NCBI GenBank assembly: GCA_016794565.1
Contig: JAEUHQ010000103.1
Coordinates: forward strand, 14,841 to 78,840
DNA: 64,000 nucleotides
Reading direction: 5' to 3'
DNA from: Planctomycetota bacterium
GTDB lineage: Bacteria > Planctomycetota > UBA1135 > UBA2386
Shown here: positions 29,024 to 38,725 of the stretch, one piece after another
Numbering within the stretch: the first letter of the stretch is position 1
Layout: each line of letters begins with the position of its first letter
Program-made: the position numbers and the translations under genes
The notes under the pieces: model-generated
The model's database searches: none
What the model saw: the letters and a program-made list of their open reading frames with translations, nothing else
Told to the model about the DNA's origin: nothing

Positions 29024-30313
29024 ATGGACCAGGCCCTGCAAGACGCGCTGCGCGAACTCGGCAACGAGACCGGATCCCCCCTCCGCATCGGCGGGATCGC
29101 AGCTCGCGACCTCGTCGCCGCGCACGGGAGCCCGCTCTACGTGTTCGACGCCGACGTGCTGCGCCGGCGCGTCCGCGAAGTGCGGGCGGCGCTCGGCCCG
29201 CGCGTCGAACTGCTGTGGTCCGTGAAGGCCAACCCTTCGCTCGCCGTCACGCGCTGCCTCCGCGACGAAGGCACCGGCGCCGAGATCGCGTCCCTCGGCG
29301 AACTGCACGTCGCGACCGCCGCGGGGCACCCGGCAGCCGAACTTCGCTTCGCCGGCCCCGGCAAGACGGACGCCGAGATCGACGCGGGCGTCGCTGCCGG
29401 GCTGACGTTCCACGCGGAGTCCGCCGACGAAGTCGGCGCGATCGCCGCCGCCGCGGACCGGAGCGGCCGGGCCGCGCGCGTCGCGGTGCGGATCAATCTG
29501 CCCGGCGAACTCGGCGGCTCGCGGCTGCGCATGGGCGGCAAGAGCAGCCGCTTCGGCGTCGACGAAGACCGGGTGCCGGCCGTCGTGCGCACCATCGCCG
29601 GCCATCCGTCGCTGCGCCTCGCGGGCCTCCACGTCTACGGCGGCACCCAGGGATTCGACGCGGCGGCGTTCGTCCGCCACGCGAGCACCGTCGTCGCGAG
29701 ATCCGCGGCATGGGAACACCAACTCGGCGTCGCGTTCGACGAACTCGACCTCGGCGGCGGCTTCGGCGTCGCGGCGTATGCGGGCGACCCGCGCTTCGAC
29801 CTCGCCGCAGCGGGGCACGGCGTGCAGGAACTCGTGCACGCGAACGATCGCCCCGGGCGCCGCTGGTTCGTCGAACTCGGCCGCTACCTCTGCGCACCCG
29901 CCGGCGTCTACCTCGCGACGGTCGTGCGGACGAAGGACAGCGGCGGCGAACGCCACGTCGTGCTCGACGGCGGCCTCCACCAGCACGCCGCCGCCGCGGG
30001 CTTCGGCGCGATCCTGCGTCGACCGCCGCTGCTCGTGCACACGGACGACCCGTGTGCGATCGGTACGACAGTCACCGTCGGCGGCCCGCTGTGCACTTCG
30101 GCCGACCAGTTCGCGGAGCAGGCGGCGCTGCCGCCGCTCGCGAACGGCGACGTCGTGGCGATACTCGCCGCCGGCGCGTACGGGCTCACGTTCAGCCCGC
30201 ACTCGTTCCTGAGCCACGCGACGCCGGCAGAAGTGATGGTCGACGCCGGCCGCGCCCGCGTGGTGCGCGCACGCGGGACTCCGTCGGACTCGCTGCGCGG
30301 CCAGGCCCCCTGA
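29024..30313 (+). CDS. fold-type III PLP-dependent decarboxylase (diaminopimelate/ornithine decarboxylase family)
   Basis: ATG at 29024, in frame with track ORF 28721..30313; 429 aa. SPLYVFDADVL, the PLP-Lys context LLWSVKANP, LDLGGGFGV, ELGRYLCAPAGVY and VGGPLCTSADQF. Confidence 0.85.
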   Translation: MDQALQDALRELGNETGSPLRIGGIAARDLVAAHGSPLYVFDADVLRRRVREVRAALGPRVELLWSVKANPSLAVTRCLRDEGTGAEIASLGELHVATAAGHPAAELRFAGPGKTDAEIDAGVAAGLTFHAESADEVGAIAAAADRSGRAARVAVRINLPGELGGSRLRMGGKSSRFGVDEDRVPAVVRTIAGHPSLRLAGLHVYGGTQGFDAAAFVRHASTVVARSAAWEHQLGVAFDELDLGGGFGVAAYAGDPRFDLAAAGHGVQELVHANDRPGRRWFVELGRYLCAPAGVYLATVVRTKDSGGERHVVLDGGLHQHAAAAGFGAILRRPPLLVHTDDPCAIGTTVTVGGPLCTSADQFAEQAALPPLANGDVVAILAAGAYGLTFSPHSFLSHATPAEVMVDAGRARVVRARGTPSDSLRGQAP

Positions 30314-30328
30314 CCGGCGCGCCCGTGT

Positions 30329-32527
30329 ATGGTGCGTCGCATGCGAACTCCGATCGCCGCTGCCGCGACGCTGACGTGCATGGCCGTGCTCGCCGCCCAG
30401 GAAGGCGTGCCGCGACCCCAGGGCCTCGTGCCCGAACAGATGTGGCCCGCGCCCGGGGAAAGCGACTGGAAGAAGCCCGTCGTCATCCAGTGGCAGCGCA
30501 CGTGGGACGACGCCGTGCGCCTGTCGCAGGCGACGAAGCGCGCGATCCTCGTGTGCGTCAACATGGACGGCGAGATCGCCAGCGAGCACTACGCCGGCAT
30601 TCGCTATCGCGACCCCGAGATCGGCAAGCTGTACGAACCGTACGTCTGCGTGATCGCGTCGGTCTACCGCCACAACCCGCGCGACTACGACGACCAGGGG
30701 CGCCGCATCCCGTGCCCGCGCTTCGGCTGCGTCACGTGCGGCGAGCACATCGCCCTCGAACCGCTCGTGTACGAGAAGTTCCTGAAGGGCAAACGCATCG
30801 CGCCGCGCCACATCATGGTCGAGCTCGACGGCAGCGAGAGCTACGACATCTACTACCGGTGGGACACCGCATCGGTGTTCAAGGACATCGCGGACGGCAT
30901 CACGAACCGGAAGGTGCAGACGGTGCCCCTCGTGAAAGGCGACCGTTCGCTGCTCGAGCGCCTCGAGAGTCCCGACAGCGCCGATCGACAGCAGGTCGAG
31001 AGCGAGTTCGCCAAGGCGACTCCCGAACAGCGCCGCGCGATGGTCGCCGCCGCGATCGGCGCCGGCGAACTGGCGCCCGTCGAGATCCTGCGTCTCGCGG
31101 CGTGGGGCCTCGATCCGGCGCTGGCGCAGGAAGCGCGCAAGGGCATGGTCGTCGCCAAGGACCCGGGCACCGTCAACCTGATCGCCGAGACGCTGCGCGC
31201 GCCGCTCGAACACGAGGAGCGCAAGGAGCTGGTCGCGGCCTTGGGCCGCTTCGGTTCGACGTCGACGTACGCACAGGCGCTCGCGACCGCACATCAGGGT
31301 CTCGACGGCACGACCACCTCCATCGACACCGGCAAGTGGTCGCGCGCACTCGCCGCGCAGACCTACGCACCGCCCGCGAGCGAGGATCTCACGACGGCGC
31401 TCGAGCAGAGCGACAAGGCCCTGGCCGCCGAGCCGTCGGACCCCGCGGCCCGGCTCGACGCAGCCGAAGCGAGCCTGCTGCAGGCGCTCGACACGACATC
31501 GAGCGGCGGGCGCGGATCGGCGCGGCGAACCGCGGCGGCCCGGCAGTCCCTGCTCTCCGATGCGGAACGTCAGGCGAACCTGGCGATCGCGCAAGGTGCG
31601 ACCGGCTGGCGCCCCACCGCGTTGCGGGCGATCGCCGCGTTCCACCTCGGGCGCGTGCCGGAGGCGCACCAGCTCGCGGTCGCGGCGGCGCCCGACCTGC
31701 CCCCCGATGCGCCGGGTCGCGTCGCGATGGAAGTGCTCGCGCTGTTCGCCGTGGCCCGGCAGCACGCGATCGTCGCCGCGGTGCGCAACAAGCAGACGTG
31801 GCCGCCGCAGTGGGCCGCCGACGTGCACGCGGCCTACGCCGTGCTCGCGCACCATCCGCTCGGCCGCGACGAACACGCCGCGGATCACTACGACTTCCTG
31901 AAGTTCTTCAGCAGCCCCGAGACCGACGCGGTGCTCGACCGCGCCCTCGAGCGCTTCCCCGAGTCGGCGCTGCTGCACCAGCGGCTCCGCGACCGCATCC
32001 TCGAACGGCGCGACCCGGACGCACTCGAGGCCGAGTACGCACGCCGGTTGAACGCGCCGGAAGCGCGCCCGTCGCTGTCGTGGTTCGCCGGCTACGCGTC
32101 CCTCGTCGCAGCCGAGCAGAACCGCCGCAACCAGCGCCGCGAGAACGCTCTCGCCGCGTACCGGCGCGGCATCGAGCACTTCGAGACGTACGCGAAGCGC
32201 TCCGGCAACGAAGACGGCAACCACTACGTCGCGATGGCGAACGCCGGCATCGCGCGCCTGCAGCTCGACGCCGGCGACCTGCCCGGCGCGCTGGCCTCGC
32301 TGCAGCTCGCCTTCCGCACCGCACCGCTCGCGGCGGCCGCGGTCGACGGGCTCGGCGTCACCGCGGTGCAGACCGCGGACATGCTGCGTGCGCGCGCCGT
32401 CGAGACGAACGCGCAGGACGTCGTACAGGCCGTCGACCAGGCCCTCACGGCACTGCCCGACGAGGCGCTGATCCCGCCCGAGTACGAACGCGCCTCCGGC
32501 AACACGAAGATCCGCCGCCGGCGGTGA
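30329..32527 (+). CDS. secreted protein: thioredoxin-like N-terminal region + long alpha-helical (TPR-like) region, unknown function
   Basis: 732-aa ORF starting 15 nt after the decarboxylase. Signal peptide is MRTPIAAAATLTCMAVLAAQ. KRAILVCVNMDGEIASEHYA...CPRFGCVTCGEHI looks thioredoxin-fold-like. The rest is helix-rich with A/L/R repeats. Domain calls are weak. Confidence 0.55.
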   Translation: MVRRMRTPIAAAATLTCMAVLAAQEGVPRPQGLVPEQMWPAPGESDWKKPVVIQWQRTWDDAVRLSQATKRAILVCVNMDGEIASEHYAGIRYRDPEIGKLYEPYVCVIASVYRHNPRDYDDQGRRIPCPRFGCVTCGEHIALEPLVYEKFLKGKRIAPRHIMVELDGSESYDIYYRWDTASVFKDIADGITNRKVQTVPLVKGDRSLLERLESPDSADRQQVESEFAKATPEQRRAMVAAAIGAGELAPVEILRLAAWGLDPALAQEARKGMVVAKDPGTVNLIAETLRAPLEHEERKELVAALGRFGSTSTYAQALATAHQGLDGTTTSIDTGKWSRALAAQTYAPPASEDLTTALEQSDKALAAEPSDPAARLDAAEASLLQALDTTSSGGRGSARRTAAARQSLLSDAERQANLAIAQGATGWRPTALRAIAAFHLGRVPEAHQLAVAAAPDLPPDAPGRVAMEVLALFAVARQHAIVAAVRNKQTWPPQWAADVHAAYAVLAHHPLGRDEHAADHYDFLKFFSSPETDAVLDRALERFPESALLHQRLRDRILERRDPDALEAEYARRLNAPEARPSLSWFAGYASLVAAEQNRRNQRRENALAAYRRGIEHFETYAKRSGNEDGNHYVAMANAGIARLQLDAGDLPGALASLQLAFRTAPLAAAAVDGLGVTAVQTADMLRARAVETNAQDVVQAVDQALTALPDEALIPPEYERASGNTKIRRRR

Positions 32528-32561
32528 GCCGCGGCCGCACCGGCGCGGCTCGCATCCCGGG

Positions 32562-33374
32562 TCAGGCGTCCGCCAGCATCGCGTCGAGCGATCGCCGCGG
32601 CACGAACGCGCCGACGAGCGAGGCGTCACGCGGCCGCGCAGCGTCTTCGCACTCGACCGGCACGAGCAGCGACGCATCGAGGCCGTGGCGACCGAAGAAG
32701 CGGCACGCGAACTCCCAGCGCGAACAGCGTTCGGGCCCGGCAACGTGCACCAGCGGCGGTGCGCCGGGATCGGCGACGAGCTCGGCGAGCGCAGCCGCAG
32801 CGTCCGCCGAGTGCAGCGGCGTGCGGTACTCGTTCGTGTACATGCGCGACGGACTGCCGGCGGCCGCCGCGGCGCGCAACGACGCCGATGCGCCGCGGCC
32901 TCGGTCGTCGGGCCCGAACAGCAGCGGCAGGCGAACCACGCGCCCACCGCGGCGCAGCGCGGCTTCTTCGCCTTCGGCCTTGGTCGCGCCGTACGCCGAC
33001 AGCGGCGCCGGCGCCGAGGTCTCGGAGTACGGCGCGTGCCGGCCGTCGAACACGAGGTCGGTCGACACGTGCAGCAGCCGCGAACCGAAACGACGCGCGA
33101 ACTCCGCCGGAACGGCGACATTGATCGCACGCGCCGCATCGATGCTCCGTTCGCACTCGGGCTGGCGCGCCATCGCCGCGAGATTCAGGACGAGGTCCGG
33201 CCGCAACGCTTCCACGACCGCGGCGACCATGCCAGGAGCGGCGAGATCGACTGCCGCCTCGACACCCTTGCGCGCGGTCACGACGACCTCGTGACCCCGT
33301 TCGCGCAGCGCTTCCACCGCGGGACCGCCGAGGAAGCCGGTTGCTCCGGTGACGAGGATGCGGACGGCGGCCAT
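32562..33374 (-). CDS. NAD(P)-dependent sugar epimerase/reductase (RmlD-like)
   Basis: ATG at 33374, in frame with track ORF 32562..34295; 270 aa. RILVTGATGFLGGPAV, HVSTDLVFDG, and the YxxxK context SAYGATKAEGE. Confidence 0.75.
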   Translation of the reverse strand: MAAVRILVTGATGFLGGPAVEALRERGHEVVVTARKGVEAAVDLAAPGMVAAVVEALRPDLVLNLAAMARQPECERSIDAARAINVAVPAEFARRFGSRLLHVSTDLVFDGRHAPYSETSAPAPLSAYGATKAEGEEAALRRGGRVVRLPLLFGPDDRGRGASASLRAAAAAGSPSRMYTNEYRTPLHSADAAAALAELVADPGAPPLVHVAGPERCSRWEFACRFFGRHGLDASLLVPVECEDAARPRDASLVGAFVPRRSLDAMLADA

Positions 33375-33401
33375 GGGCGCGTATGGTTGCAGCTGCGCCC
33401 C

Positions 33402-34310
33402 GTGAAGCAAAGCCCGCCTCCCCGCCGCGTTCTCCTGATCGCGAACCCGATCTCGGGCGGTGGCCGGGCCCGCACCCTCGCCCCTCGCCTCGCCGCCGCT
33501 CTCGTGCAGCGCGGCGTGGCTGCCGAAGTCCACTTCACGTCGGCCGCTGGGGACGGCGCGGCTCGGGCGCGCGCGGCGGCGATCGAGGCCTGGGACGGCG
33601 TCGTCGCGATGGGCGGTGACGGAACCGTCAACGAGCTGTTGAACGGCATGCCCGATCCGGGCCGCTCGCTCGGTGTGTTCCCGATCGGTACCGCGAACGT
33701 GCTCGCGAAGGAACTGCGCCTGCCCCACCGCCCCGACGCGGCGGCGGCCACGATCGCCGCGGGGCACCAGCGCAGCCTCGCGATCGGCGAGTGCAACGGC
33801 CGGCGGTTCCTGCTGTTCGTCGGCGCGGGAATCGACGGCTCGGTCGTGCAGCGGCTCGCCGCCGTGCGGTCGGGGACTCTCGGCAAACACAAATGGCTCG
33901 GTCCGATCCTGCACACGGTGTGGCACTGGCCGCGCCACTCGCTGGCTGTGACCTTCGCGGACGGGACCCGGCTCGAAGGGCTGCGGTCCGTGCTCGCGAC
34001 CCGGGTCCGCAACTACGGCGGGGTGATGCAGCTCACGCCGGGCATCGATCCCGACGACGGCTTCCTGCACGTCCTGTGCTTCCGCGCGGCCAGCCGGACA
34101 CGATGGGTGTGGATGGGCGCGCGAGCGATGCTCGGCCGTTTGCGGCCGGGCCCGCTCCTCGAGGTGCGGGCGACGACCGCCGTGCGCATCGAAGGCAGCG
34201 CACCCTTCCAGATCGACGGCGACCATGGCGGTTCGTGTCCGGCGGATCTGCGCGTGCTGCCCGTGCGGGCGTCGATCTGGGCGCCCGCCGCGCACGCGCG
34301 GCGTCAGTGA
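33402..34310 (+). CDS. diacylglycerol/lipid kinase family protein (YegS/DagK-like)
   Basis: In frame with track ORF 32685..34310. RVLLIANPISGGGRA, VVAMGGDGTVNELLNG, FPIGTANVLAKEL. The start is assigned to GTG 33402; TTG 33387 is also possible and no ATG is available. Confidence 0.7.
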   Translation: MKQSPPPRRVLLIANPISGGGRARTLAPRLAAALVQRGVAAEVHFTSAAGDGAARARAAAIEAWDGVVAMGGDGTVNELLNGMPDPGRSLGVFPIGTANVLAKELRLPHRPDAAAATIAAGHQRSLAIGECNGRRFLLFVGAGIDGSVVQRLAAVRSGTLGKHKWLGPILHTVWHWPRHSLAVTFADGTRLEGLRSVLATRVRNYGGVMQLTPGIDPDDGFLHVLCFRAASRTRWVWMGARAMLGRLRPGPLLEVRATTAVRIEGSAPFQIDGDHGGSCPADLRVLPVRASIWAPAAHARRQ

Positions 34311-35500
34311 TCGCCGACGCGACTCGAGAGCCCGTTGCTGGTGACGACTCCGAGGGTGTTGGCGAGGTCCCCCACGACGAACGGCGTCACGAGCGCGATC
34401 GCCTGCGCATGGATCGTGGTACCCGGCGGCATCGCGGGCGGAAAGCTCACGTCGAACCGGATCGTCGCCGCGGGAGCGACCGCGAAGAACACGACGTCGA
34501 ACGACGCCAGGTAGGACGCGCAGCCCGGGGCTCCGAGCGCCGCGAGGTCGATCCCGCCGGCGACCTCGCTGGCGGCGAGGGCCAGGAACCCGAGCCGTAC
34601 GCCGGACCCGACGATCGCTTCGGGTGCGTCCACCATGGTGTAGTGCACGAGCGTGCCAGCCTCCGAGGTGGAGACCGGCGGCGGCGCAGCCGCGAGACCG
34701 AGTGAGCGCAGGTCCGGCGACGTGACGATGGAATCACCGACGTGCAGCGGCGGCGGCACGAGCGATGGCCCGCCCGGCGAGTAGCCGACGAGGTGCGCCG
34801 AGCCGAACGGCGAACTCGTCGCGCCATCGACCGCGACCCAGACGTAGCGCACACGGCCCGAGTCGAGACCGAACTGGAACTGGAACGTGCCGCGGTTCGG
34901 GACTCCGGCGGGGAAGTTCTCGACGTCGCGCCACGTGACGCAGAACCAGCTCTCGCCACCGGCGACGGCCTCGTGGGTCGTGATGCGACCGCTGCCCGGC
35001 TCCGCCGGGTTCCAGTCGTGCCACGCGAAGAACGCGGTGTCCGGCGCGGCGGCGAAGCGCGGGCTCGGTGTGAAGTCGTTCGGCGGCGAGTTCCACGCCC
35101 CCCCGTCGATACCCGGGCCGGTCGCGACGATGCCGTTGCTGTGCACCCAGATCGTCGACGCAGCGCCATCGAGGGTCGGGAGCGGTCGCGGCAGCGCGAC
35201 TGCAACCTGGCCGTCGTCGCTCGGCGGCAGGAGTGCCGCGTTCGCACCGGGCTGCAGGTAGCCGCCCATGCCCCACGACCCCACGTAGCCGAGGCCCGAG
35301 GGATGGAGTTCCAACGAACGCCCGGTCAACACGAGCGATGCCACAGCGGCGTCGGGCAGCAGCACGAAGAAGGAGTCGCGCGCCGACTCGTGGCAGCCCT
35401 GACCGAAGGCGAGATGCGACGCCGCGCCGCCGTTCGGGTCCTGTGCCGGCAGCATCGCCGACACGAGGCAGACGATCCCGATCGTGGGTACCGCGCGCAT
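34304..35500 (-). CDS. secreted protein, paralog type C: one NIDO-like domain + C-terminal segment of the kind seen in the D1/D2 tails
   Basis: ATG at 35500, in frame with track ORF 34304..36832; 398 aa. Signal peptide is MRAVPTIGIVCLVSAMLPAQ. FGQGCHES, DDGQVAVALPRPLPTLDGAASTIWVHSNGIV, WFCVTWRDVENF...GTFQFQFGLDSGRVRYVW. The tail reads LGAPGCASYL...IHAQAIALV...VTSNGLSSRVGDH. By eye it aligns to roughly the last two-thirds of D1 and D2. Confidence 0.7.
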   Translation of the reverse strand: MRAVPTIGIVCLVSAMLPAQDPNGGAASHLAFGQGCHESARDSFFVLLPDAAVASLVLTGRSLELHPSGLGYVGSWGMGGYLQPGANAALLPPSDDGQVAVALPRPLPTLDGAASTIWVHSNGIVATGPGIDGGAWNSPPNDFTPSPRFAAAPDTAFFAWHDWNPAEPGSGRITTHEAVAGGESWFCVTWRDVENFPAGVPNRGTFQFQFGLDSGRVRYVWVAVDGATSSPFGSAHLVGYSPGGPSLVPPPLHVGDSIVTSPDLRSLGLAAAPPPVSTSEAGTLVHYTMVDAPEAIVGSGVRLGFLALAASEVAGGIDLAALGAPGCASYLASFDVVFFAVAPAATIRFDVSFPPAMPPGTTIHAQAIALVTPFVVGDLANTLGVVTSNGLSSRVGDH

Positions 35501-35636
35501 GCCGAACGCTACCTCGCCGCCGAGGCACGGTGCCTGCAGCCCGCTCCCGGCGCCAGCGTGCGTCGCGACGGCGCCCACGGGACCGGACCTCCCGACGCGC
35601 GGGCCGCGCGGCTCAGGTCGGGACGCTGCCAACAGA

Positions 35637-35669
35637 GCGGGCCCGCACCACCGTGAGGCGCGGGCCCGC
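35637..35669. repeat. two copies of the self-complementary decamer GCGGGCCCGC separated by 13 nt
   Basis: The decamers lie at 35637-35646 and 35660-35669, between the D1 stop (35737) and the type-C gene start (35500). They could form a 10-bp hairpin or serve as a pair of palindromic protein-binding sites. Confidence 0.35.
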
Positions 35670-35707
35670 GGGATCGAGGGCAGCTCGACCCGTTCGGCTT
35701 CGACCGG

Positions 35708-35731
35708 GCGAGCGAAGCCCGGGGTTCGCTC
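35708..35731 (-). terminator. hairpin immediately downstream of the D1 stop codon
   Basis: CGAGCGAA (35708-35715) / loop GCCCGGGG / TTCGCTCG (35724-35731). It lies 6 nt from the stop at 35737-35739. There is no U-tract. Confidence 0.3.
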
Positions 35732-35736
35732 GGTCC

Positions 35737-37578
35737 TCAATAGGTATTGAAGATCGACTGCAGACCGTTGCTCAGCACGCCACCGAATGCGTTCTGGCCG
35801 TTGGGCAGGCTGAACGGCGTGAAGAGGCCCAGCACCTGACCATAGAAGCTGAGGCCCGGCGACAGCGGCTGCGGCATCGACAGCACGACCGACGACGTCG
35901 GAGCAGTGCCAGGCAGCGGGATCGTGACGTCGAGCGACAGGATGTTCAGGTTGCAGCCCGGCATGTCGAGGAAGCCCATGTCGAGGCCGCCGGGGAACGG
36001 AGCCACACTGAACATCAGGATGCCGAGGCCGATGCCGAGCGGCGGCACGAGGTCGATCATGTTCGAGGCCGTGTACGTGATCGGCACGGTCGGATTGCCG
36101 GGCGTGTAGATCGGCGCCGGGGACGCGGACAGGGCGAGGGCCTGGGTCGCGTTGTAGTCCGGCTGCGTGAGGAACGGCGGCACGGTCGCGAGGCTGATCG
36201 AACCCGGATCGAGCGACAGACCCGGCGAGTAGCCGACGACCATGTCGATACCGGCCGAGTTCTGCATCGCGTTCCACACGAACTTCACGTCGCCGTTGGC
36301 GAGGTTGAACTGCAACTGCCAGCGATCGGAGACGCCGGTCGTGTTGTAGCGGACGACGTTCTCCCACGTGATGTAGAGCACACCACCGACTTCCTGGCTC
36401 TTGATCGCTCCGCCCGCCGACGGGTCGTAGTCGGCATTGCTGCGGAAGGACGGGATCACCGCGTTGAGCAGTTCGAACACGTCGCCGTAGGCAGCGACGT
36501 TGTTGTTGCCGATGCCGCCCATGTTCACGAATCCGTTCGAGCACACCGACAGCGTGCCGACCGGACCTGCGGGCGTCGGGAAGGGGATGCTCGGCGTGAC
36601 GTCGACTTCGGAGTCGTCGGTCAGCGCGAGCGTCGAGGCGCCACCGGTCGGCGCGACGTAGGTCCCGCCGCCCCACGTGACGAAGTAGCCCTGGCCAGCG
36701 GGCGACATCGTCATCGAGTTGCCCGCCAGGGTCGCCGACCCGGCCGGCGTGCCGAAGTACTGGTAGAAGGCCTGCGACGCGCGCGGTCCGTAGCAGCCGG
36801 AGCCGTACGCGACGTGGTCGGCGCCCGTGCACACGACCGACGAGGTGTAGCCACCGAGCCCGTTCGGCGAGAAACGCAGCGTCTTGCCGGCGAGCGGGAA
36901 GGCACCGAGGTATTCACCCCAGAGGATGCCGACGTTGCCCGAGTTGGCGCCCGCGAGCAGATCGGAGGCCACCTCCGCCCCCGTGCCCGCCGCGTTGCCG
37001 GCCGACACGCCGATCCAGACCGCGTCGACGGCGTTGCCGGGGCAGTTGATGTCGTACGCGTAGTCGATGTTGCCGTTGCTGTACAGCGTGCAGCTGAAGC
37101 TGAACTGGTCGGTCGGGGTCTGGTACCGCGCGACGTTCTGCCACGTGATCGTGACCTGGTTCGCCGTCGCCGTGTTCACGAAGATCTCCCACGGGCCGAG
37201 CGTCGATTGCTGGATGTCGTCGCCGTAGACGACGAGGCGCGGCGAGCCGAACGCGGCACCGCGCAGTTCCCCGAGTGTGTCGATCAGGAACTGGATCGGA
37301 GCGACGAGGCCGTAGTTCGCGTCGGAGAGATAGACGTGCCCGTTCGAACCGACCCAGATGCGGTTGCAGACCTGGCCGGGCGCCGTGGTCGGCATCGGGA
37401 AGGTGAACCCGAGCTGGATCGGCAGGATGCTGCGGCCTTCGTCGTGGATCGGGTAGCCGCCCCACACCGAGTACATGGAACCGGATTGTGCGGCGCCGCC
37501 GATGTTGGTGAAGCACTGCGCCTGCGACACCGCGGCGAGGGCCGCCACGGCGGAGAAGGAAGCGATGAGACGATTCAT
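35737..37578 (-). CDS. secreted protein, paralog type D (D1): two NIDO-like domains + C-terminal ~130-aa tail segment
   Basis: 613-aa ORF with ATG at 37578. Signal peptide is [26 protein letters not shown]-like unit 1 is [17 protein letters not shown]...[11 protein letters not shown]...[11 protein letters not shown]...[17 protein letters not shown]. Unit 2 is [15 protein letters not shown]...[11 protein letters not shown]...[11 protein letters not shown]...[16 protein letters not shown]. The tail reads [16 protein letters not shown]...FYGQVLGLF...[12 protein letters not shown]. Confidence 0.8.
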   Translation of the reverse strand: MNRLIASFSAVAALAAVSQAQCFTNIGGAAQSGSMYSVWGGYPIHDEGRSILPIQLGFTFPMPTTAPGQVCNRIWVGSNGHVYLSDANYGLVAPIQFLIDTLGELRGAAFGSPRLVVYGDDIQQSTLGPWEIFVNTATANQVTITWQNVARYQTPTDQFSFSCTLYSNGNIDYAYDINCPGNAVDAVWIGVSAGNAAGTGAEVASDLLAGANSGNVGILWGEYLGAFPLAGKTLRFSPNGLGGYTSSVVCTGADHVAYGSGCYGPRASQAFYQYFGTPAGSATLAGNSMTMSPAGQGYFVTWGGGTYVAPTGGASTLALTDDSEVDVTPSIPFPTPAGPVGTLSVCSNGFVNMGGIGNNNVAAYGDVFELLNAVIPSFRSNADYDPSAGGAIKSQEVGGVLYITWENVVRYNTTGVSDRWQLQFNLANGDVKFVWNAMQNSAGIDMVVGYSPGLSLDPGSISLATVPPFLTQPDYNATQALALSASPAPIYTPGNPTVPITYTASNMIDLVPPLGIGLGILMFSVAPFPGGLDMGFLDMPGCNLNILSLDVTIPLPGTAPTSSVVLSMPQPLSPGLSFYGQVLGLFTPFSLPNGQNAFGGVLSNGLQSIFNTY

Positions 37579-37784
37579 GGAGTTGCCTCTGGGACTTGGG
37601 GAGATTCCTGCCAGCGGTCGGAACGACCGGGGGGAGACGAGGAAGGAACCCGGGGAGGACGGTAGTCGAGGGCCAGGAAATGTCCACCCGGGCCGCCGCG
37701 CCGCCGCGCCCGAGCCGCCGCGCCAGCGCGTGGCGGCCGACTCCGAAGGAGCGACCCCGCGCCGAGGCCGCTAGGATCGTGCCG

Positions 37785-38621
37785 ATGGATCGACCTGCTC
37801 CTCGCGAAGTCCGCGTCGGCAACGTGCCGTTCGGCGGCGGCAATCCGTTCGCCCTGATCGCCGGCCCGTGTGTCATCGAGAACCGCGACCACGCGCTGCG
37901 CCACGCCGAGGCGCTGCAGCGAATCTGCCGCGCCGCCGGCGTCCCGCTCGTGTTCAAGAGCAGCTTCGACAAGGCCAATCGCACCGCGGGAACGGCATAT
38001 CGCGGCCTCGGCATCGACGAGGGTCTCGCGATCCTCGGCGAAGTGAAGCGCTCGTTCGGCGTGCCGGTCCTCACCGACGTGCACGAACGCGAACATTGCG
38101 CCACCGCGGCGGAGGTCGTCGACTGCCTGCAGATCCCGGCTTTCCTGTGCCGCCAGACCGACCTGCTGCTCGCAGCCGCGGCCACAGGTCGAACGGTCAA
38201 CGTGAAGAAAGGTCAGTTCCTCGCGCCCGACGACGTCGGCAACGTGCTCGCGAAGGTCACCGGCGCCGGCAATCCGAACGCGATGATCACCGAACGGGGG
38301 GCGAGCTTCGGCTACCGAACGCTCGTCGTGGACTTCGCCGGGTTCCCCACGATGCGCGGGTTCGGCCAGCCCCTGGTCTTCGACGCCACGCACTCCGTGC
38401 AGCGACCGGGCGGCGCGGGCACGTCGACCGCGGGCGATCGCACGAAGGTCCCCTACCTCGCGCGCGCGGCCGTCGCCTGCGGCGTCGACGGTCTCTTCCT
38501 CGAGGTCCACGAAGACCCCGACCACGCTCCGAGCGACGGTCCCAACATGCTGCGGATGGACTCGCTCGCCGGCCTGCTCGGCGACCTCGTGCGGATCCAG
38601 TCGGCCGTGCGCGCGCGCTGA
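37785..38621 (+). CDS. kdsA: 3-deoxy-8-phosphooctulonate (KDO-8-P) synthase
   Basis: ATG at 37785, in frame with track ORF 37596..38621; 278 aa. [62 protein letters not shown] and the EVHEDPD context. Confidence 0.92.
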   Translation: MDRPAPREVRVGNVPFGGGNPFALIAGPCVIENRDHALRHAEALQRICRAAGVPLVFKSSFDKANRTAGTAYRGLGIDEGLAILGEVKRSFGVPVLTDVHEREHCATAAEVVDCLQIPAFLCRQTDLLLAAAATGRTVNVKKGQFLAPDDVGNVLAKVTGAGNPNAMITERGASFGYRTLVVDFAGFPTMRGFGQPLVFDATHSVQRPGGAGTSTAGDRTKVPYLARAAVACGVDGLFLEVHEDPDHAPSDGPNMLRMDSLAGLLGDLVRIQSAVRAR

Positions 38622-38725
38622 TCCGCCGTGCGGCGCGCGGGGCCGACGATCCGATGCGACGGCCGCGCGGAGCTTTCACACGCGTTTCGCTTTGTCCTCG
38701 CTGCCAGCGGTCATGGTGGTCGTCG

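Noticed and set aside
24506-33294. Giant ORFs 24506..27739 (-), 28684..33294 (+) and 28955..33139 (-)
   Set aside because: Each spans several independently well-supported genes (ALDH, deoC, cdd, decarboxylase and others) in other frames or on the other strand. Their composition is typical of GC-rich non-coding frames.
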